NCBI GenBank assembly: GCA_016707705.1
Contig: JADJHD010000004.1
Span: 24,960-88,959 of the forward strand
Direction of reading: 5' to 3'
DNA from: Bacteroidales bacterium
GTDB lineage: Bacteria > Bacteroidota > Bacteroidia > Bacteroidales > UBA4417
DNA: 64,000 nucleotides
Below the pieces are notes generated by a model. That model saw only the letters and a list, made by a program, of their open reading frames with translations, had not been told where the DNA came from and ran no database searches. This document shows, piece by piece, positions 9,358 to 19,292 of the stretch (position 1 is the first letter of the stretch; every line of letters starts with the position of its first letter). The position numbers and the translations under genes are program-made.

Positions 9358-9942
9358 TTAATCATTATGCTTTCTATTCTTCTCTTTTTTGAATGCCAGC
9401 ACTGCAGGAGTCTGACGTTTTGAAATATCAATGGGTTTATCAATGGGTTCAACAAGCATATCCTTGCCATAGATGAACCTGTCGCGAAGGAAATCGGATT
9501 TTACAATTTCAGTGGTCAGGAATATGGATTCCTTGGGGCAAGCTTCTTCACACAATCCACAGAATATGCATCGAAGCATATTGATTTCATACTTTTCAGC
9601 ATACTTTTCTTCCCTGTACAGATGCTCCTCTCCAGCCTTTCTTTCTGCAGCCACCATGGTTATGGCTTCGGCCGGACAGGCAACGGCACAGAGTCCGCAG
9701 GCGGTGCATCTTTCCCTTCCCTGATCATCGCGTTTCAATACATGCCTGCCACGGTAGATATCCGAGAATTCTCTTTTCGTCTCAGGATAGCGGATCGTAG
9801 CTTTTCGTTTCAGCAGGTGCTTCAGCGTAATTACCATTCCCTTGAAGATGGCAGGCAAATAGAGTCTCTCAACGAAGGAAAGTTTCTTGTCGGAAACTAC
9901 CTTCGAACGGCCACTCAGGGATTGTACGTTGCTATTGTCCAT
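9358..9942 (-). CDS. nuoI: NADH-quinone oxidoreductase subunit I
   Basis: Two 4Fe-4S ferredoxin motifs CTACGLCAVACP and CIFCGLCEEACP. Confidence 0.9.
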   Translation of the reverse strand: MDNSNVQSLSGRSKVVSDKKLSFVERLYLPAIFKGMVITLKHLLKRKATIRYPETKREFSDIYRGRHVLKRDDQGRERCTACGLCAVACPAEAITMVAAERKAGEEHLYREEKYAEKYEINMLRCIFCGLCEEACPKESIFLTTEIVKSDFLRDRFIYGKDMLVEPIDKPIDISKRQTPAVLAFKKEKNRKHND

Positions 9943-9972
9943 TGTTTATATCTTACGGTCTGTGGTCGGTTA

Positions 9973-10998
9973 TTAATTTAGTAACCTGACTATCAAGCCG
10001 GTAATCACCATATTGAATATTGCAAGCGGGATCAGTTTTTTCCAGCCGAGTCCCATGAGCTGATCATAGCGGAAACGTGGCAATGTCCAGCGAATCCACA
10101 TAAAGACGAATCCAAAAAAGGTAATCTTGATGAAAAATACTACCATCCCGACTATGGTCAGCATATTTGCTGATAGTCCGAGGCTGTCTTCAAACGGAAA
10201 ATGGTATCCTCCAAAATAAAGGGCGGAGATGATGGCAGCCGAGATAAACATATTGATGTATTCGGCAAAGAGGTAGAATCCAAGTTTCATGGAACTGTAC
10301 TCAGTATGATAACCTCCAACCAGCTCGGTTTCGCATTCAGGCAGGTCGAAAGGGGCACGGTTGCATTCCGCAAGCGCACAGATCAGGAAAATAATAAATC
10401 CCAGTGGCTGATACCATACATTCCAGTTGAAGCCTTTCTGCTGATCAACGATTTCCTGAAGGCTCAGGGTTCCCGACATCATAATCACTGCGATAATCGA
10501 TAATCCCATTGCCAGTTCATAGCTGATCATCTGCGAAGCGGCCCTGATCGCACCAAGAAGCGCATATTTATTGTTGGAAGCCCAGCCTCCGATCATAATT
10601 CCGTATACGCCAACTGATACAACAGCAAAAACATAGAGTATTCCAATATTCACATCGGCGACCTGCACCCTGTAGGTTTGTCCGTTAATGGTAAGACTGT
10701 CACCCCAGGGGATCACTGCACTGGTGAGCAGGGCTACAAGCATTGTAATGGATGGACCCAGGATGTACAGGAATTTGTTGGCTGAGGCAGGCATAAACTC
10801 TTCCTTGAAGAAAAGCTTAACCCCATCAGCGAGAGGCTGAAGCAATCCAAAAGGGCCGGCCCTGTCGGGTCCCAGCCTGTCCTGGAAGAATGCTGCCAGT
10901 TTCCTCTCAGCAAGAGTGGAATACATGGCTACCAGCAGGCTGATAAGCATGATGGAAAGGGCAAGTACGGTCTTGTATATGATAAACTGTTGATCCAT
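9973..10998 (-). CDS. nuoH: NADH-quinone oxidoreductase subunit H
   Basis: 341-aa ND1-like polytopic protein, operon order. Confidence 0.9.
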   Translation of the reverse strand: MDQQFIIYKTVLALSIMLISLLVAMYSTLAERKLAAFFQDRLGPDRAGPFGLLQPLADGVKLFFKEEFMPASANKFLYILGPSITMLVALLTSAVIPWGDSLTINGQTYRVQVADVNIGILYVFAVVSVGVYGIMIGGWASNNKYALLGAIRAASQMISYELAMGLSIIAVIMMSGTLSLQEIVDQQKGFNWNVWYQPLGFIIFLICALAECNRAPFDLPECETELVGGYHTEYSSMKLGFYLFAEYINMFISAAIISALYFGGYHFPFEDSLGLSANMLTIVGMVVFFIKITFFGFVFMWIRWTLPRFRYDQLMGLGWKKLIPLAIFNMVITGLIVRLLN

Positions 10999-11041
10999 AT
11001 TGTTTTATCAGTTTGGGTTGCCAGCCGGCAATCCATGGTAT

Positions 11042-12010
11042 TTATTCCGGGGCTTCAGTTTTTTCCTCCAATGGTTTAATGATGGAGGGTTTCTTGGATT
11101 TCTCGTAATGATTTGCCGAGATCACACTGTTCCTTTCAATATGCCTAGGGCCTTCAATGGTCCAGTCTGACTTGTTTTTCTTTTCAAAACGGCATTCGTC
11201 GCAGATGAATTCCTCCACCTCTCCATAAGTGTCCTTTCGGGCTGTTACCCTGTAAATCTCATTTCCAAACATCCAGGCAGTTACTTTCCCTGAACAACTT
11301 GGACAATTCCGGTGCGCGTTCATAGGATTCAGGAACCAAACCCTGCTTTTGAAGCGGAAGGTCTTATCCGTGAGGGCTCCAACGGGACAAACATCAATCA
11401 CGTTTCCGGAGAAATTGCTGTTTATGGATTCATTGATAAGGGTGCTGATTTCAGCGGTATCGCCTCTGTACATCACTCCGTGAACGCGTTTGCCTGCAAT
11501 CTGATCGGCAGTATAAACGCAACGGTAGCAAAGGATGCAGCGGTTCATATGGAGTTTGATCTTATCCCCGATATCTACGATGTCAAATTCCCTTTTCTCT
11601 TCTACATAGCGGGTTTCTTCCATGCCATGCTTAAAACTCAGATCCTGAAGATCGCACTCCCCGGCCTGGTCGCAAACCGGACAATCGAGGGGGTGATTGA
11701 TAAGCAGGAACTCAACAATGGCCTTGCGGGCTTCAATTACTTCAGGAGAGGTGATGTTCTGAACCACCATTCCATCCTGAACGGGTGTACTGCAGGAGGC
11801 TACCAGCTTGGGCATTGGCCTTGGGTCGGCAGCAGATCCCTGAGCCACTTTTACGAGGCAGGTCCGGCATTTTCCACCGGAACCCTTCAGTTTTGAATAG
11901 TAGCACATGGCAGGTGGAACCACTTCGCCCCCAATCTGACGTGCAGCCTGGAGAATGGTTGTGCCCGGTTCTACTTCAACTGTTATATTATCGATGGTTA
12001 CCTTAAACAT
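11042..12010 (-). CDS. nuoG: NADH-quinone oxidoreductase subunit G, short form (2Fe-2S/4Fe-4S N-terminal module only)
   Basis: MFKVTIDNITVEV start at 12010 (ATGTTTAA overlap with nuoF stop); Cys motifs CPVCDQAGEC, CILCYRCV; lacks molybdopterin-like C-terminal domain. Confidence 0.8.
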   Translation of the reverse strand: MFKVTIDNITVEVEPGTTILQAARQIGGEVVPPAMCYYSKLKGSGGKCRTCLVKVAQGSAADPRPMPKLVASCSTPVQDGMVVQNITSPEVIEARKAIVEFLLINHPLDCPVCDQAGECDLQDLSFKHGMEETRYVEEKREFDIVDIGDKIKLHMNRCILCYRCVYTADQIAGKRVHGVMYRGDTAEISTLINESINSNFSGNVIDVCPVGALTDKTFRFKSRVWFLNPMNAHRNCPSCSGKVTAWMFGNEIYRVTARKDTYGEVEEFICDECRFEKKNKSDWTIEGPRHIERNSVISANHYEKSKKPSIIKPLEEKTEAPE

Positions 12011-13349
12011 GTACCTGTGAATGTTTTGCAAATGAGATATGCCGCGGATTGCTCACCAATGCGGGATTGTTAACGTGAAATTCAAATTCTTCCCTGAAAT
12101 GCCTGATGGCACTGGCAACCGGCCAGGCGGCGGCATCTCCGAGCGGACAAATGGTATTGCCTTCAATTTTGGCTGCTATGCTGACCAGCAGGTCAATATC
12201 TTCCTGACGGCCATGTCCTGATTCAATCCTGTGAAGCACTTTCTCCATCCATCCGGTTCCTTCGCGGCAGGGAGAACATTGTCCGCAGCTTTCATGATGG
12301 TAGAACCTGGAAAGATTCCATGTAGAGCGGACCATGCAGGCATCCTCATCAAATACAATGAATCCGCCTGATCCAAGCATGGAACCTGTTGCAAAGCCGC
12401 CATCAGCAAGGGACTCATAACTCATAAGCCTGGGCTCGCCGGATGCAGTGCGGCAGACAAGAGATGCAGGTAGAACCGGAACTGATGATCCACCGGGGAT
12501 AACAGCTTTAAGTTCCTTTCCATTCTTGATGCCTCCGCAATATTCAGCAGAGTAAAGAAATTCTTCAACCGGAAGTCCGAGTTCAATTTCGTACACTCCC
12601 GGATTATTGATGTTTCCGCAGGCAGAAATAAGCTTGGTGCCGGTGCTTCGTCCGATGCCGATCTTCACATATTCCATTCCACCCATGGCAAGAATGGGAA
12701 CTATGGAAGCAAGGGTTTCAACGTTATTCACAACGGTCGGACAGCCATAAAGTCCCTTTACAGCAGGGAAAGGAGGCTTGATGCGGGGATTTCCACGCTT
12801 GCCTTCCAATGATTCGAGCAGGGCCGTCTCTTCTCCGCAAATGTAGGCTCCGGCTCCGGAATGCACATAAATTTCCAGTGAGTATCCGGTACCCAGAATA
12901 TCTTTTCCGAGGAAACCCTTCTTGCGGGTTTCGGAGATGGCTTTTTCAAGGATGCCGATGATGTATTTGAATTCGCCCCTTACATAAATGAAGGTTGTAT
13001 TGCTTCCGAGAGCGTAGCTTGAAAGAATCAGTCCTTCGATGAGCAGGTACGGATTCCGTTCCATCAGGAAGCGGTCCTTAAAAGTTCCGGGCTCACTTTC
13101 ATCTGCATTGCAGACCAGGTATCTCGGATTATTGCTTTTCCTATCCAGAAAGCTCCATTTCAATCCTGTTGGGAATCCCGCTCCACCGCGTCCCCTTAAT
13201 CCGGAAATGCGGACTTCTTCGGTTACCTCATCAGGTTTCATGCTGCGCAATGCACGCTCAACGGTGCTGAAACCGCCTTCGGCCCGGTACCCATCAAAGG
13301 TATTGATGCCCGGGATGTCGATCTTTTCTAACAGAATTTTTCGGCCCAT
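12003..13349 (-). CDS. nuoF: NADH-quinone oxidoreductase subunit F
   Basis: FMN/NADH site GAGAYICGEETALLESLEG and 4Fe-4S motif ESCGQCSPCREG. Confidence 0.92.
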   Translation of the reverse strand: MGRKILLEKIDIPGINTFDGYRAEGGFSTVERALRSMKPDEVTEEVRISGLRGRGGAGFPTGLKWSFLDRKSNNPRYLVCNADESEPGTFKDRFLMERNPYLLIEGLILSSYALGSNTTFIYVRGEFKYIIGILEKAISETRKKGFLGKDILGTGYSLEIYVHSGAGAYICGEETALLESLEGKRGNPRIKPPFPAVKGLYGCPTVVNNVETLASIVPILAMGGMEYVKIGIGRSTGTKLISACGNINNPGVYEIELGLPVEEFLYSAEYCGGIKNGKELKAVIPGGSSVPVLPASLVCRTASGEPRLMSYESLADGGFATGSMLGSGGFIVFDEDACMVRSTWNLSRFYHHESCGQCSPCREGTGWMEKVLHRIESGHGRQEDIDLLVSIAAKIEGNTICPLGDAAAWPVASAIRHFREEFEFHVNNPALVSNPRHISFAKHSQVHV

Positions 13350-13906
13350 TTCAGTTTCCCGTCTTTTTCAGTTTCAGCATTCTTTTTAAGATCATTCAGA
13401 AGTTCGTCAACCTTTTCGAGGCTGAGATTTTCATGGAATTCAGTATTCACCTGAAGTACAGGAGCACTTCCGCAGGCACCCAGGCATTCCACCGACTGCA
13501 CGGTAATGAGTCCGTCAGCAGTTGTTTCGCCATCCTGCACTCCCAGTCTGGAACAAATGCGGTCCAAAATGTCTTCTCCTCCGCAGATAGCACAAGGGGC
13601 GGTACGGCAGACTTCAATCAGGTATTTCCCCGTCTTTTCCAGCCTGAACTGGGTATAGAAAGTTGCCACTTCGTACACTTCCACTGGTTGAACCTGCAAC
13701 ATTTCAGCTACAAAATCCATCACATCTACCCTGAGATGGCCACCGGATTCTTCCTGTGCGATATGCAGTATCGGAAGAAGCGCAGATTTCTGCCTGCCTT
13801 CGGGGTAACGGGCAATCAGCTGGCGGAATTTCTCCATAATCGCAGGACTGAATTCCACCGGGAGGTTGTCGCGTTCAAAAATCCTATGTTGTATTCTTAA
13901 TCCCAT
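13328..13906 (-). CDS. nuoE: NADH-quinone oxidoreductase subunit E
   Basis: Thioredoxin-like 2Fe-2S protein, CRTAPCAICGG and CLGACGSAPV motifs. Confidence 0.9.
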   Translation of the reverse strand: MGLRIQHRIFERDNLPVEFSPAIMEKFRQLIARYPEGRQKSALLPILHIAQEESGGHLRVDVMDFVAEMLQVQPVEVYEVATFYTQFRLEKTGKYLIEVCRTAPCAICGGEDILDRICSRLGVQDGETTADGLITVQSVECLGACGSAPVLQVNTEFHENLSLEKVDELLNDLKKNAETEKDGKLKWAEKFC

Positions 13907-13949
13907 TTAGTTGCTATGCAGTACTTTAAGGTTCAATTCATTTAGGAGA

Positions 13950-15164
13950 CTATGCATCCAGTTCACCGGCAATTACATTCATGCTGCTCATGGTTAGGAT
14001 GGCATCGGAGAGGACTCCACCCGTTATCATTTCAGGATAAGCCTGATAATAGATGAATCCGGGTCTGCGGAAATGCAGTCTGTAAGGAGTTCTGCCACCA
14101 TCGCTGATCAGGTAGAATCCAAGTTCCCCGTTACCACCTTCTACGGCATGGTAAACTTCGCCAACAGGAGGGTTTATTTCTCCCATAACTATTTTGAAAT
14201 GCCATATCAGGGATTCCATTTTGCTGTATACCAGTTGTTTTGGGGGGAGATATACTTCGGGAACATCAGCATGGTAAGGCCCTTCAGGCAGATTGTTCAT
14301 GGCATCCTTAACCAGTTGTATGCTCTGCCAGAGTTCCTCCTGCCTAACACAGAAACGGTCGTAGGTATCACCCTGTGTGCCGATGGGAATGTCAAATTTG
14401 AAATCCTCGTAAGAAGAATAGGGGTTTGCCACCCTTACATCGTAATCAACACCGGCTGCCCTGAGGTTAGGACCGGTAAATCCGTAGTTCAGTGCTCTTT
14501 CGGCACTGATGGGGCCAACACCAATGGTGCGGTCCATGAATATGCGGTTTCTTTTCAGCAGCTTTTCAAATTCCCTGAGTACTGAGGGGAGATGGTCAAG
14601 CAGTTCCTTGAGCTTCTTCATTGCGGTGGGAGAGAAATCTCTCTCGAATCCACCGATGCGGCCCATATTTGTGGTTAGCCTGGCACCTGAAACCTCTTCG
14701 TAAATCTCATAAATTCGTTCCCGCTCCTGAAATACATATACAAATCCGGTGAGGGCGCCGCTGTCCACACCAATAACGCTGTTACATACAAGGTGGTCAG
14801 CAATTCGGGCCAGTTCCATCAGGATGATTCTCAGATAGTCAACGCGCTTAGGTGTTTTGATCCCAAAGAGTTTCTCAACAGTCATGATCCAGCCCAGATT
14901 ATTAATAGGGGAGGAGCAGTAATTGAGTCGATCGGTGATGGTGGTAATCTGGTTATAGGGCCTGTGTTCAGCAAGCTTTTCGAAGGCGCGATGGATATAT
15001 CCGATGGTTTGTTCGGCTTCCACTACAATTTCACCATCCATCTTCAAAACATTCTGGAAGATGCCATGGGTGGCAGGATGGGTCGGTCCCAGGTTTAGGG
15101 TGCTGTATTTTCCGGGTTCGTTGCTCCCTGTGCCAACTGACTGTTTAAGTTGTTCGTTCTTCAT
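13950..15164 (-). CDS. nuoD: NADH-quinone oxidoreductase subunit D
   Basis: 404-aa 49-kDa subunit homolog (LNLGPTHPATHG N-terminal motif). Confidence 0.92.
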   Translation of the reverse strand: MKNEQLKQSVGTGSNEPGKYSTLNLGPTHPATHGIFQNVLKMDGEIVVEAEQTIGYIHRAFEKLAEHRPYNQITTITDRLNYCSSPINNLGWIMTVEKLFGIKTPKRVDYLRIILMELARIADHLVCNSVIGVDSGALTGFVYVFQERERIYEIYEEVSGARLTTNMGRIGGFERDFSPTAMKKLKELLDHLPSVLREFEKLLKRNRIFMDRTIGVGPISAERALNYGFTGPNLRAAGVDYDVRVANPYSSYEDFKFDIPIGTQGDTYDRFCVRQEELWQSIQLVKDAMNNLPEGPYHADVPEVYLPPKQLVYSKMESLIWHFKIVMGEINPPVGEVYHAVEGGNGELGFYLISDGGRTPYRLHFRRPGFIYYQAYPEMITGGVLSDAILTMSSMNVIAGELDA

Positions 15165-15166
15165 AC

Positions 15167-15670
15167 CTATGCTTCCCTCCCAAAAAAGCGGTTATCCTTA
15201 TCTTCCCTTGTAGGATCTTCAAGAGGATATTCTTTCCTGAGGGGGAAGTAATCAAGGTATTCTACATTCAGAATCCTGATCAGGTTGGGGTGTCCGGTGA
15301 AAGTAATTCCATAGAAATCGTAAGTTTCACGCTCCATCCAGTTGGCAGCGGAAAAAAGATCGGAAACAGTATCTATTGCAGGATTTTCAGCAGTCAGGTA
15401 AGTCTTGATTCTGATCCTGTGGTTTGCTCTCATATTGTGGAGGTGATAAACCACTGCAAAGGGCAGGGATTCATCAGGATAATGTACGCCGCAAAGATCC
15501 GTGAGGAAAGTATATCCCATGGAAGGTGTATCCTTCAGAAAGGAAAGGATTTCATGAAGTTTGGATGCCTCAACGGTAAGGGTAAGCATATCATGAAGCA
15601 CTTCTTCCTTCAGCAATCCTTCGCCAGCCTGGTTTCTGACAGCTTGTGCTATTTCCGTGTTTCCAGTCAT
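15167..15670 (-). CDS. nuoC: NADH-quinone oxidoreductase subunit C
   Basis: 167-aa 30-kDa subunit homolog (ANWMERETYDFYGI motif). Confidence 0.9.
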   Translation of the reverse strand: MTGNTEIAQAVRNQAGEGLLKEEVLHDMLTLTVEASKLHEILSFLKDTPSMGYTFLTDLCGVHYPDESLPFAVVYHLHNMRANHRIRIKTYLTAENPAIDTVSDLFSAANWMERETYDFYGITFTGHPNLIRILNVEYLDYFPLRKEYPLEDPTREDKDNRFFGREA

Positions 15671-15681
15671 TTCCTGATTAA

Positions 15682-16233
15682 CTATCTGATTCCGTAGCTT
15701 GAAAGTAAGTTTCTGTATTCGTCGGAGTAGCGCCTTCTCAAAGGTTCATTTGCTACCAGTTCCTGTATTTTCATAAATCCGTCAATAATCTGTTCAGGAC
15801 GTGGCGGGCAACCCGGCACGTAAACATCAACGGGCACAATCCTGTCGATGCCCTGAAGTACGCTGTAGGTGTCGAAGATTCCACCGCTTGAAGCACAGGC
15901 TCCAACGGCGATTACCCAACGGGGCTCAGCCATCTGCTCATATACCTGATGGACTACCGGAGCCATTTTTTTGGCTATGGTTCCCATAACCATGAGCAGA
16001 TCAGCCTGTCTGGGTGAAAAACTGAGTCGTTCTGATCCAAATCTGGCCAGATCATAATGTGCACCCATGGTTGCCATAAATTCAATGCCGCAGCATGATG
16101 TGGCAAAGGGGAGAGGCCATATGGAATTGCTTCGTGCAAGGCCGATTACCTTGTCGAAGCTTGTGGCAAACAATCCCGGAGAAGTATATCCTTCAGGGGG
16201 ATCAACTTTATTGTAGGATGCTTTTTGGTTCAT
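15682..16233 (-). CDS. nuoB: NADH-quinone oxidoreductase subunit B
   Basis: PSST-type motifs [24 protein letters not shown]. Confidence 0.92.
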   Translation of the reverse strand: MNQKASYNKVDPPEGYTSPGLFATSFDKVIGLARSNSIWPLPFATSCCGIEFMATMGAHYDLARFGSERLSFSPRQADLLMVMGTIAKKMAPVVHQVYEQMAEPRWVIAVGACASSGGIFDTYSVLQGIDRIVPVDVYVPGCPPRPEQIIDGFMKIQELVANEPLRRRYSDEYRNLLSSYGIR

Positions 16234-16254
16234 GTCAGATTGTGTGTGTCCTGC

Positions 16255-16635
16255 TTATTCCCACTCAAGGGCTTTCTTCCGTAACAGGTAAAAAAAACCT
16301 ACCAGGAAAACACCGAGAAACAAGAGCATACTCAGGAATCCATTCCAGTCTCCATTCTTGAAATCAACTGCAAAAGGGTAGAAGAAAATCACTTCTACAT
16401 CGAAAAGTACGAAAAGTATGGCTATGAGAAAATATTTTACTGAGAAGGGAAATCTTGCATTTCCTTTGATCTCGATGCCGCATTCGAAGTTCTCTTCCTT
16501 ATGCAGGGTTCTGATCTTCTTTCTTTTTCCCCCAATATAATGTGACAGGGCCATTGTTGTGACCACAAATCCAAGAGCCACAATGGTTTGTATTAAAACG
16601 GGCAAGTAGTCGTCCGGTAAATGGAGAGCATTCAT
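16255..16635 (-). CDS. nuoA: NADH-quinone oxidoreductase subunit A
   Basis: 126-aa ND3-like protein, first gene of the operon. Confidence 0.9.
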   Translation of the reverse strand: MNALHLPDDYLPVLIQTIVALGFVVTTMALSHYIGGKRKKIRTLHKEENFECGIEIKGNARFPFSVKYFLIAILFVLFDVEVIFFYPFAVDFKNGDWNGFLSMLLFLGVFLVGFFYLLRKKALEWE

Positions 16636-16919
16636 TCGGAAATTCCTTCAGCTATTTATAGTTATTTACTCTGTTGTTTTTCGTTTTCCAAGTTATTACG
16701 GTCATTTGGCAGCATTTGCGGGCGTTCCCTGACCGGTAAGACATGAATAACGATTATTTCTATTGTTTGTTCGATAACAATAATACAAAATATTGAGATT
16801 ATCTACATTATTGATAGCAATATCTTCAGCAATAGGGTATTATTGACCTCGAATTATTCCAAATCCCTGGTAGAGGCTCTGATTTATCCAGACTTTTTTC
16901 CCTTGAAACCGGCTGTTTT

Positions 16920-18168
16920 TTAAATGGCAGGTATAAGTTTCAGGATTTTTCCGGTTGCACCTTTTCGCTGTTCAACAAAAGCCTTGCTTATGGATGAAGT
17001 TGAGGACAGAAATCCGGGATCATCACTGAATTTCCGGAGGATTCGCTCAAGCTCATTATAATTATGAATACTGTAAGCTCCCTTAGCTTCAACAAGATCT
17101 ACGGCTTCCTGAAACTTATGGTAAATGGGGCCGAAAATGACCGGCATCCCATATACTGCTGGCTCAAGAATATTATGAATCCCCGCGCCGAAGCCTCCTC
17201 CAATATATGCTACTTGTCCGTACCTGTATACCTGTGAAAGAATTCCAACAGCATCGATTATCAGAATATCAGCATTTCCGGCCTTTTCTAGACTTCCTTC
17301 CGAATACCTGCAAGCCTTCATCCCGGAAGTGTTTATCAGGTTCCGGATTGCATCATCATGTATTTCATGGGGAACAAGTATCAGTTTGAACTTGCCAGGG
17401 TTTTCACTCACAAAGCGAATCAGCAATTTCTCATCTTCAGGCCAGCTGCTGCCGGCAACCAAAACCAACTTCTCCTTGCAGAATGCCTGAACCATAGGGA
17501 TTTCCCTCTTCTCGGATGCAATGGCTACAACCCTGTCGAAACGAGTGTCCCCGCTTATTGTTGCATTCGTTATACCAACAAATTCAAGCAGTTCAAGTGA
17601 GTTTTCGTTCTGAACGAAGATATGTGTAAATCCCTTGAGTATATTCCTTGTCCAGTCGCCATACCATTTGAAGAAGTGCTGGTCGGCCCTGAAAATTGCA
17701 GATACGAGGTAATGTGGGATGCCTCTTTCCTGTAAAAGGTTCAGATAATTGAACCAGAATTCATACTTCAAAAATTACTGCATCAGGTTTTACCAGATCG
17801 ATGAAGGTCCGGGCATTGGCAGGAGTATCGAGGGGCATGTAGCAGACCAGATCTGCAACATTGTAGTTTTTTCGGTGTTCATATCCTGAGGGACTGAAGA
17901 AAGTTAGGATAATGAAGTGATCCGGATGTTCCTTTTTCCAGGCTTCGATGAGGGGACGACCTTGTTCAAATTCCCCGAGGGAGGCGCAATGAAACCATAT
18001 GGTCTTTTTCCCGCCCTGTTTACCCCGGCGCAATTCAAGTTCCCTGCGGATAAACTCAATGATGCCTTTTCTCCCATCTCTCCAGAGTTGGGCTTTCGGA
18101 TTGAAAAGCGCTGCTGTACGGATCAGCAAGCCGTAAACATGAATCCCGAAAGAATAAAAAAGGTTCAT
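16920..18168 (-). pseudogene. waaA: 3-deoxy-D-manno-octulosonic acid (Kdo) transferase, interrupted by a 1-nt frameshift at a homopolymer
   Basis: N-terminal ORF 17761-18168 (WFHCASLGEFEQGRPLIEAWK...) and C-terminal ORF 16920-17771 (KYEFWFNYL...GGSFG-like region) are consecutive parts of KdtA/WaaA in offset frames; switch at A5 run 17770-17774. Confidence 0.8.
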
Positions 18169-18195
18169 GATAAAAATTAGGTAAGATTCCGCGGC

Positions 18196-18981
18196 TTAAT
18201 AATAATAGTATTCCCTGCCTGTCTTTTTGTAGAAAGGTATTATCCAGCCCACTTTAATGCCCGAAAGCATATCGAAACGATGTTCGTTTGGTTTCATATG
18301 ATCAGCAAAGTAATAGGCCCTTCTCGACTGTGTCCATGCCTGCACAAACTCAAGTCCTGCAAAGCAGTTGATGCGCTTGTTGTCGTCGAGATACTGGTAT
18401 CCGATAAATTCAGTGATGCCGGCACCGTTGCAGAGGCGGTCGTAGCCTTTTTTGTATTCAGTCCTGAGCGGAGGAGTATTGTTTTGGGAAACATCGATCC
18501 TGATTTTATGCTGAAGCATTCCGGCACCCACCATAACCAGCCATCCTGAATTGGGATTTGACTTTTGAGTGGCAAACAGTTTTCCGGCTTTTGCCCAGGC
18601 TGTGAATCCCCTTTCAGTCATTGCCAGATTGGAATAGATCCCTTCTGCACTGATAACATGTCCGTCCTCGGTCGTTATCCATGAGGTGCTTCCATTCAGA
18701 ACAGCACCACGGTCTTTAATATTTGGACCAAACAGGTAGTTGCCCTCAATGCTGAACACCCAGCGTTTTTTTGTCATATGCTTGAACCCTGCCCCTATGG
18801 TATGAGAAAGGCCATAACGGTCCTGCATATCAGCTGATGGCAGGTCCATAGCATAGGTTGCATAGATGCTATTCAGGACAAGACTGTCATTCATGCTGAC
18901 CTGGGCATTCAGGCTGCCACTGAACAGGATGATAAATAGGGAGGGCAAGAGAAATGCCAGTGTAGATTTGCGGGAAGCCAT
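18196..18981 (-). CDS. hypothetical secreted / outer-membrane protein
   Basis: Signal peptide MASRKSTLAFLLPSLFIILFSGSLNAQ, beta-rich sequence ending in aromatic residues (YYYY); no family recognised. Confidence 0.5.
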   Translation of the reverse strand: MASRKSTLAFLLPSLFIILFSGSLNAQVSMNDSLVLNSIYATYAMDLPSADMQDRYGLSHTIGAGFKHMTKKRWVFSIEGNYLFGPNIKDRGAVLNGSTSWITTEDGHVISAEGIYSNLAMTERGFTAWAKAGKLFATQKSNPNSGWLVMVGAGMLQHKIRIDVSQNNTPPLRTEYKKGYDRLCNGAGITEFIGYQYLDDNKRINCFAGLEFVQAWTQSRRAYYFADHMKPNEHRFDMLSGIKVGWIIPFYKKTGREYYYY

Positions 18982-19255
18982 ATCCTGAGAGTGAAATCAG
19001 TCCAACTGTTATTAGCTGCAAAGATACAATATTCATCTGGGCTGCCTTGACTTGTAAAGGTGAAACTTAGTTAAAAAATCGAGTCTGTTTAGTTTATTCT
19101 TCATTATCGGATTGGAATGAAAAAAGGATTTTTCACTGCAGATTTTCTTACCGGATTTGCAGTATTGGTGATATTTCAGCAACAATTGAAGCATGGATTA
19201 GCTTTTTTTAAGAAAGAGTTAATCTGGCTGTCCGGGGTAGCGAAGTCGTAATTTG

Positions 19256-19263
19256 TATCTTTG
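19256..19263 (+). promoter_or_regulatory. candidate Bacteroidota -7 promoter box TATCTTTG upstream of the aminotransferase gene
   Basis: Matches TAnnTTTG consensus, 30 nt upstream of ATG 19293. Confidence 0.3.
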
Positions 19264-19292
19264 TCACATTATATTTCTAATTTATTTGATGT

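Noticed and set aside
11042-12010. nuoG as a truncated pseudogene (only ~322 aa)
   Set aside because: The Fe-S cysteine motifs are intact. The gene has clean translational coupling to nuoF (ATGTTTAA overlap) and ends cleanly before nuoH. From memory, short NuoG lacking the molybdopterin-like domain is normal in Bacteroidota.
4328-15213. Numerous 60-190-aa ORFs antisense to or overlapping nuo genes (e.g. 5358-5756, 6732-7127, 11312-11896, 13433-13900, 14073-14585)
   Set aside because: They are shadow ORFs inside strongly supported nuo coding regions, with no recognisable motifs.
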